A program made the position numbers and the translations under genes. The notes beneath the pieces were generated by a model. It was not told where the DNA came from. It was given only the letters and a program-made list of their open reading frames with translations, and ran no database searches. A DNA stretch of 64,000 nucleotides, from positions 22,729 to 86,728 of the forward strand of contig DATFSK010000015.1 in the NCBI GenBank assembly GCA_035262645.1. Direction: 5' to 3'. Below, piece by piece: positions 58,072 through 64,000 of this stretch. The stretch's first letter is position 1; each line of letters opens with the position of its first letter. This DNA is from Terriglobales bacterium. Its GTDB lineage: Bacteria > Acidobacteriota > Terriglobia > Terriglobales > Acidobacteriaceae.

Positions 58072-59430
58072 CTAACCTGCAATCCCCATCGCGCTCTTCG
58101 CCTCCCCTACAAGGTAAATCGACCCGGTAACCACGATCAGCCCATCCGGCTTGCTTACCTCGCACGCACGGGAGAGCGCCGCAGGCACGCTCGGCTCCTC
58201 ATACACCACCGCTCCCGTACGCAAGGCAGCTTGTGCCAGTTCGGCAGTCGTGGCGCTCCGCGGATTGTTCGGCTGCGTCAGTACCACCCGCTCCGCCATA
58301 GGGAAGAGGACCTCGGCGATCTCCTGGATCGCCTTGTCTCGCATCGCGGCGAACACAAACGTCAACTCGCGTCCGGGAAAATTCTCCGACAGCGCAGAGC
58401 GCAACGCCCATGCTCCTGCGGGATTGTGGGCCACATCCAGCACCATCTCGCGCTGATGCGTTGCCGGCGATGGCGCTAGTACCTGGAAGCGCCCGGGCCA
58501 ATGCGTCTCGCGAATCCCTTGCTCAACCTGCTTCGGCGTCACTTTGAACCCGAACTGCGCCAGCTCTTCCGCCGTCGCGATCGCGAGTGCGATATTGCGG
58601 AACTGATGGCGTCCGACAAGCGGCGAGTCTATTTCGATCTCTTCTCCCATGACGGCCAGCGGATATCGGCTCCGCCCCGGCGCCGGAACCACGCGTCCGG
58701 CCAAATACGCAGCAGCGCCCGGCGACACCGGCGGAACATACTTCGCCGCACTCACTCCGCGCGCCTCATGCTCCAGGATTGCGTGCCCGATCACGTCATT
58801 GGCCTGCGGATGCTGCGGCAGCGTCACCACCACCCCGTCCCGACGAATGATGCCGGACTTCTCGCGCGCAATCTCGCCAATGGTGTTTCCCAGATACTTC
58901 TGATGGTCGAGCGAGATGTCGGCGATGACCGATATCACCGGCTCAACGACGTTGGTTGCATCCAGCCGGCCGCCCATCCCGACCTCAAGCACGGCGATCT
59001 CCACGCCGACGCTCGCGAAGTACTCGAACGCCATGGCTGTCAGCATCTCGAAGAAGCTAGGATGCCATGGCAACTTGGCCGAGCGGAGAAGTCGCTCCGC
59101 CGTGCTCTCCACGCGCTCATGAATGGCGCCAAACTCCACATCGGAGATCATCTCGCCATTCACGCGAATACGTTCGTTGATGCTCACCAGATGCGGCGAG
59201 CTGTAAAGCCCGGTCTTGTATCCAGCCGCGCGCAGAATGGATGCCAGCGTCGCCGCCGTCGAACCCTTGCCGTTCGTGCCGGCAATCAGCACGCTGGCAA
59301 AGCGCCGCTCCGGATGTCCAAGCGCCTCCAGCATCTCCCGCACATAAGCTAGATCGAACTTGTGCGAAGGCGTCGAGGCCAGCTCGTGCCCCAGCGCGTA
59401 CAGCTGTTCAACTGTCTCTTGGTAGGACAT
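58072..59430 (-). CDS. folC: bifunctional folylpolyglutamate synthase / dihydrofolate synthase
   Basis: Internal Met MSYQETVEQLYAL. P-loop GTNGKGST and the Mur-ligase family pattern. Confidence 0.9.
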   Translation of the reverse strand: MSYQETVEQLYALGHELASTPSHKFDLAYVREMLEALGHPERRFASVLIAGTNGKGSTAATLASILRAAGYKTGLYSSPHLVSINERIRVNGEMISDVEFGAIHERVESTAERLLRSAKLPWHPSFFEMLTAMAFEYFASVGVEIAVLEVGMGGRLDATNVVEPVISVIADISLDHQKYLGNTIGEIAREKSGIIRRDGVVVTLPQHPQANDVIGHAILEHEARGVSAAKYVPPVSPGAAAYLAGRVVPAPGRSRYPLAVMGEEIEIDSPLVGRHQFRNIALAIATAEELAQFGFKVTPKQVEQGIRETHWPGRFQVLAPSPATHQREMVLDVAHNPAGAWALRSALSENFPGRELTFVFAAMRDKAIQEIAEVLFPMAERVVLTQPNNPRSATTAELAQAALRTGAVVYEEPSVPAALSRACEVSKPDGLIVVTGSIYLVGEAKSAMGIAG

Positions 59431-59495
59431 CAGGACTGATATCAGATTACAGCAATTCGGCTGTGCGGCCATCACCGCAGGCCTTCGGCCCGGAG

Positions 59496-59855
59496 CTAGA
59501 CGCCCTTTAGTTGCTCTTCGTTCATGCCGAAATAGTGTCCCATCTCGTGAATGACAGTTCGCCGGATTTGTTCCCGCACTTCATCCTCCGAGGAGCAAAC
59601 CGCCTCGATGTTCTTCTTGTAAAGAACCACGTAGTCAGGGCTGCCGATGGGCCCGTGAAAGAAGCTCTTCTGCGTCATCGGTACTCCGTGGAACAACCCC
59701 AGCAGGATTCGCCTCGGCTGGCCGGGCTCTGTCGGTATCGGCTCAGGCGGGAGGTCTTCGACCAGCACAGCGACATTGCGGATGCGACGGCGAAATTGCT
59801 GCGGCAAGGAATCCAGGGCGTCGCCGACTGCATGGTTGAAATCCTCGCGCGTCAT
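59496..59855 (-). CDS. metallopeptidase family protein (zincin-like, HExxH)
   Basis: HEMGHYFG motif in a small zincin-like protein. Start at the internal Met MTREDF. Confidence 0.7.
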   Translation of the reverse strand: MTREDFNHAVGDALDSLPQQFRRRIRNVAVLVEDLPPEPIPTEPGQPRRILLGLFHGVPMTQKSFFHGPIGSPDYVVLYKKNIEAVCSSEDEVREQIRRTVIHEMGHYFGMNEEQLKGV

Positions 59856-59984
59856 GCTGTACACAGCGGTCTCCTGCTCCAGCCGGCCAAAAACCATCCA
59901 CGGCGAGGTTTGGTCGCTCCCTCAGCCCGGCCTTTGCCACTTCGTTGTTTGAGTGTCCGAGGGTTCCCGACTGATGATACGCGT

Positions 59985-60323
59985 CTACCCGGCAGCCTGA
60001 GATGCGGCCTGGTCTTCGACATCTTCCGGCATCCGCAGTGCAGTGCCGCATTTGCGGCAGATTACGGATGAGCACTCGCCGCAGGTGAGTGGGTCATCCA
60101 CCTCGCGATCACAGTGAGGACAATACGCCCTGCCTGATCCTTCCGCCGCTTCTTCTTCTCGCGCAAGCTCGAGCTTGAGCCCTCGCTTGTTCAGCTCTTC
60201 GCCAAGGGCTTCCTTGGCGGCCGGAACCAGATCGGAAGCGTCGCGCGCCACGTCCAGCAATTCCTCGTCCAGCATCTCCGAGTAGGTTTCTGCGTAGTTG
60301 AAATCTTCTGACATGATCTGCAT
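59985..60323 (-). CDS. hypothetical acidic protein with C-terminal zinc-ribbon
   Basis: 112 aa. CPHC...CGEC...CRKC cysteine pairs. Confidence 0.55.
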   Translation of the reverse strand: MQIMSEDFNYAETYSEMLDEELLDVARDASDLVPAAKEALGEELNKRGLKLELAREEEAAEGSGRAYCPHCDREVDDPLTCGECSSVICRKCGTALRMPEDVEDQAASQAAG

Positions 60324-60334
60324 TCCTCCTGGGA

Positions 60335-60790
60335 CTAGCTGCTTGCCGGCAACTGCTTCTTCACCGCCTCGCTCAGCAGCTTGCCATCCACCCTTGCGTC
60401 GCCAAACTTAGCCTTCACATTCTTCATCACCACGCCCATGTCCTTCATTGTGGGAGAGCCCATTTCAGCGATCACGGCGCGCACGGTGGCTACAATTTCC
60501 TCTTCACCGCCCGCCTTCGGCATGTAGCCCTCGATAATGGCGATCTCGTCCGACTCTTTTTTCGCCAGTTCAAGACGATTACCTTTAGTGAACTGCTCGA
60601 CCGAGTCCTTGCGCTGCTTGATCATGGTCGTGAAGACCTGCAGCTCTTCTTTCTCGTCCAGGTCGGCACGTTTTTCAATGCGCTTGTTCTGCAACGCCGC
60701 CTTCATCATACGCAGGGTAGAGAGACGCAACTCTTCCTTGTTGCGCATGGCGTCAACCATGTCTTTCTGCACACGTTCGGTCAGGGTCAT
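60335..60790 (-). CDS. GatB/YqeY domain protein
   Basis: 151 aa. MTLTERVQKDMVDAMRNKEELRLSTLRMMKAALQNKRIEK is typical of the YqeY family. Confidence 0.85.
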   Translation of the reverse strand: MTLTERVQKDMVDAMRNKEELRLSTLRMMKAALQNKRIEKRADLDEKEELQVFTTMIKQRKDSVEQFTKGNRLELAKKESDEIAIIEGYMPKAGGEEEIVATVRAVIAEMGSPTMKDMGVVMKNVKAKFGDARVDGKLLSEAVKKQLPASS

Positions 60791-60895
60791 TGGGCAATTA
60801 TAGGGATTGAGCCGTACCGCACAAAATATTCAAACTGTGGCGGCGTGAAGTCCTGCGCGGAGCAATTGCTCCGCCAGTTCCAAAGCGTCTACAGG

Positions 60896-61828
60896 CTAGT
60901 AACAGCTTGGCCGCGGACACGCGACATTAGGTTTGCCTTGTTCCGGCCGGCAAGTTAACAGCTTCTCTTCCCACCGTTTCGGGATCCCGTCCCGTCCATG
61001 GACGGCTCCCAACAGTGCACCAGCGATAGCGGCATTCGTGTCAGTATCGCCACCACGCATCACGGAGTTGATAACACCATCTTCCAGATTTGCTGCATGA
61101 ACGAGCTGCCAAAGAGCATTCTGAAAGGCGATGAGAACCCATCCTTGCTGAGAGACATAATCTCCAGGCACACTCTTGGAAGCTTCATGGACGCACTTGA
61201 GCACTGCCGGCCCAACCCGAATCTCCTCCGCCCAGTGTTCAATTTTTGCAAACAACTGCGCTGGTGCGACTTCACGCGAGATTGCGTATGCGACCGCCAT
61301 GGCAAAGAGTGCGTTCGAATCGACACACACATGATGAGAGTGGGTAAGCGCAGCGTCCTGCTGGGCCCATCGCGAAACACGTTCAAGTTCGAACTTTGCC
61401 CCGAAAATACCTAGCGGGCTTATGCGCATCATCGCGCCATTTGCCTGGCTGCTGCTATTGGGATCGCCAGTCAGGCCCCCGTAGACCGTGCTGCCGCAGT
61501 CAAAAGGCTGCGAATTCAGCCAATCAACATACGCAGCTCGCACCGCATTCGGATCATAGGTGCCACAATCCACCAACGTTCTCGCCAAAGCGAGAGCCAT
61601 TTCAGAATCGTCTGTCGGTTGCCCTGCAATTGTGTTCCATGAGCCGCCGTCCGCGAGTTCACGCACGCCGTAGGGATACCGCCGAAGGATCTCTTTAGGC
61701 GTCTGAAATTCAACCAGGCTGCCCAAGGCATCCCCGGCCAACTGACCGAGCAAACAACCTTGAGCACGCGAGAGAACGCGGCTGTCTATGAGCGTGCTCG
61801 ACACGGGTGCCTCTTCATCAGACGCCAT
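60896..61828 (-). CDS. ADP-ribosylglycohydrolase family protein
   Basis: 310 aa. Motifs GDALGS and GGDTDTNAAIAGALLGA. Confidence 0.85.
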   Translation of the reverse strand: MASDEEAPVSSTLIDSRVLSRAQGCLLGQLAGDALGSLVEFQTPKEILRRYPYGVRELADGGSWNTIAGQPTDDSEMALALARTLVDCGTYDPNAVRAAYVDWLNSQPFDCGSTVYGGLTGDPNSSSQANGAMMRISPLGIFGAKFELERVSRWAQQDAALTHSHHVCVDSNALFAMAVAYAISREVAPAQLFAKIEHWAEEIRVGPAVLKCVHEASKSVPGDYVSQQGWVLIAFQNALWQLVHAANLEDGVINSVMRGGDTDTNAAIAGALLGAVHGRDGIPKRWEEKLLTCRPEQGKPNVACPRPSCY

Positions 61829-61961
61829 CCTAAATCACCCCCAGCTGTGACTCACGGCACAGCGAGTCCGCCAATCTGTGGTAGCCTCCACGCTCGCCGA
61901 GTTCTATAGTTATCTGTCGGCGCTCTCCCAAGGCCGGCAATCTACCAGCAGGGGAATCCCT

Positions 61962-63143
61962 ATGTTACGTAAGACACGGCTATTTACTCCCGGTCCTACT
62001 CCTCTTCTTCCGGCCGCGCAAAACGCCATTGCGGCGGCGGACATGCATCACCGCACAGCCGAGTTCCGCGAGATCTTCAGCCGTACCCTCGCTGATCTCA
62101 AGACCTTCATCGGTACCAATAACGACGTTCTGATCCTCGCCTCTTCCGGCACCGGCGCCATGGAAGCCGCAATCTCCAACCTCACCTCGCCGGGTGAAAA
62201 GGTTGTTGTCCTGAGCGCCGGCAAATTTGGTGAGCGCTGGCGCGACCTGGCCAAGGCCTTCGGCTGCCAGATTGAGCTGATCACCGCCCCCTACGGCGAG
62301 ACCTTCAACCTTCGCGACGTGCAGTCCAAGATCGACGGCGCCAGCGTCCTCTTTATTCAGGCGACGGAAACTTCCACCGGCGCACGCCACGACGTGAAGG
62401 CGATCGCCTCGTTACTGAAGGGCACCAATACGCTCCTGGTGGTCGACGGCATCACGGGTCTCGGCACCACCCACTTCGAAGTCGACAACTGGGGCATCGA
62501 CATGCTTATCGGCGGCTCGCAGAAGGCTGTGATGATTCCTCCGGGCCTGGCCTACCTTTCCGTCAGCGAGCGCGCCTGGCAGCGCATGGAAACCGCCAAG
62601 CAGCCGCGCTTTTACTTCGACCTTCGCAAGGAACGCAAGTCGCAGGTCAAGGGCGAAACCGCATTCACCCCCGCGGTCGCGCTGGTTGTCGGGCTGGGCG
62701 CAGCGCTGGACTACATCCGCCGTGCCGGCAACGGTAATCTTGCCGATGGCCGTGACGCCCTCATCCACAACGCTGAAACTTCCGCTGCCATGATTCGCGC
62801 CGGCGTGCAGGCGCTGGGACTTGGGCTCTTCGCGCCGACGTGTCCCGCCGCAGCGGTTACCGCCGTTCTGCCTCCAAAGGGGGTGGACTCGGGCGCGATC
62901 GTGAAGGAGTTCCGCGAGCGCTTCTCGATGGTGGTCGCCAATGGTCAGGGCGAGATGAAGGGCCAGCTGTTCCGCATCGCCCACCTCGGCTACTACGACT
63001 ATCTGGATGCGATCGGCGTCATCGGCGCCCTCGAGCATGTGTTGCTGAAGGTTGCGCCGTCTCACAGGTTTGAAATGGGCGCGGGCGTGCGCGCCGTGCA
63101 AGAAGTCTTTGCAGGGCAAGTCGCGGAGGTGGCTAAGGTATGA
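61962..63143 (+). CDS. class V aminotransferase (serine-pyruvate/alanine-glyoxylate family; possible phosphoserine aminotransferase role)
   Basis: Internal Met MLRKTRLFTPGPTP. PLP-Lys motif GGSQKAVMIPPG. The stop overlaps the serA start (ATGA). Confidence 0.85.
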   Translation: MLRKTRLFTPGPTPLLPAAQNAIAAADMHHRTAEFREIFSRTLADLKTFIGTNNDVLILASSGTGAMEAAISNLTSPGEKVVVLSAGKFGERWRDLAKAFGCQIELITAPYGETFNLRDVQSKIDGASVLFIQATETSTGARHDVKAIASLLKGTNTLLVVDGITGLGTTHFEVDNWGIDMLIGGSQKAVMIPPGLAYLSVSERAWQRMETAKQPRFYFDLRKERKSQVKGETAFTPAVALVVGLGAALDYIRRAGNGNLADGRDALIHNAETSAAMIRAGVQALGLGLFAPTCPAAAVTAVLPPKGVDSGAIVKEFRERFSMVVANGQGEMKGQLFRIAHLGYYDYLDAIGVIGALEHVLLKVAPSHRFEMGAGVRAVQEVFAGQVAEVAKV

Positions 63144-64000
63144 AGATCGTAATCGCAGACAAAGTCTCTCCGTCTACGCTCAAGGTCTTTGCCGAGCACC
63201 CGGACTGGAGCGTAGTCCAGCCTGACAAAGAAGCCCTTCCCGGCGAACTCGGGAATGCCGATGCCATCGTGGTCCGCTCAGCAACCTTTGTCGACGCGGC
63301 AATGATGGACAAGGCCCCGAAGCTGCGTGTGATCGGACGCGCGGGCGTGGGTGTCGACAATGTCGATCTCGACGCCGCCACCAAGCGTGGCATCGTCGTC
63401 ATGAACACTCCCGGCGGCAATGCCGTTGCCGTCGCCGAGCACACCTTCGGCCTGATGCTCTCCATGGCCCGCTTCCTGACCCGCGCCGACGCCACGATGA
63501 AAGCCGGCAAGTGGGAGAAGAAGACGCTGCAGGGAACCGAGCTCAAGGGTAAAACCCTGGGCATCGTGGGCCTCGGGCGCGTTGGCGTGGAAGTATCGCG
63601 TCGAGCGCAGTCCTTCGGCATGAAGGTCATCGCACATGATCCCTACGTCGCTCCCAGCCAGGCGCAGCAGCTCAACGTGACCATGGTCCCCATGGACGAG
63701 CTCTACACCCACTCGGACTACATCACGCTGCACGTCGGCCTCACGCCGCAGACACAGGGCATGATCAACGCCGACTCAATCGCCAAGATGAAGAAGGGCG
63801 TTCGCCTGGTGAACTGTGCGCGCGGCGAGCTGCTGAATGAAGCAGCCGTGATCGAGGCGCTGCAGTCCGGGCAACTCGGCGGCGCGGCGCTGGACGTCTA
63901 TAGCCACGAGCCGTTGAAAGACTCGCCCCTGATGACGCAGCCGAACGTGATCCTGACCCCGCACATCGCAGGCTCGACGCACGAGGCGCAGGAAGCTGTC
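63140..64000 (+). CDS. serA: D-3-phosphoglycerate dehydrogenase (partial; continues past window end)
   Basis: Absent from the ORF track because of the edge. Hand translation: MKIVIADKVSPSTLKVFAEHP...GRAGVGVDNVD...GIVGLGRVG...NCARGEL...TPHIAGST, a 2-hydroxyacid dehydrogenase pattern. Confidence 0.9.
   Translation, partial: MKIVIADKVSPSTLKVFAEHPDWSVVQPDKEALPGELGNADAIVVRSATFVDAAMMDKAPKLRVIGRAGVGVDNVDLDAATKRGIVVMNTPGGNAVAVAEHTFGLMLSMARFLTRADATMKAGKWEKKTLQGTELKGKTLGIVGLGRVGVEVSRRAQSFGMKVIAHDPYVAPSQAQQLNVTMVPMDELYTHSDYITLHVGLTPQTQGMINADSIAKMKKGVRLVNCARGELLNEAAVIEALQSGQLGGAALDVYSHEPLKDSPLMTQPNVILTPHIAGSTHEAQEAV

Overview
This is a high-GC (roughly 60% by eye) chromosomal segment. Its gene content points to an Acidobacteriota (Terriglobia-like) genome: a CarboxypepD_reg-type TonB-dependent receptor, a wHTH-Ser/Thr-kinase-TPR fusion, HAF-repeat exoproteins, three DinB-family paralogs and a CheB-CheR-PAS fusion. 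The taxon is an inference and was not verified. There are about 65 protein genes, mostly core functions: amtB-glnK-glnD followed by an Hpt gene, an F1Fo ATP synthase operon (b-prime, b, delta, alpha, gamma, beta, epsilon; no a/c subunit genes), modABC, hom, ilvE, scoAB, tatAB, panE, serS, plsC, folC, and a class-V aminotransferase with serA. Two genes are disrupted: a tandem HAF-repeat paralog (frameshift plus TAA) and a secreted glycosidase-like gene (one in-frame TAG). I recognised no tRNA/rRNA, CRISPR, transposase, integrase or defence/toxin module, and I did not find a convincing novel multi-gene protein system. The most unusual signal is non-coding. (i) At least ten degenerate tandem arrays with a strict 7-nt period lie at or near gene boundaries. 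(ii) A TTGTCATCCYGAGCG...GAGGGATC hairpin repeat family has 8 copies, 5 of them in atp operon spacers, with two near-identical copies bracketing atpA. (iii) A CACAGAGA-type inverted-repeat element is present. The partial genes at both window edges and some sub-60-aa genes (tatA, a 50-aa basic protein) are absent from the ORF track and were read by hand. Most start codons were re-chosen inside the track ORFs using Shine-Dalgarno (SD) position and family N-termini.
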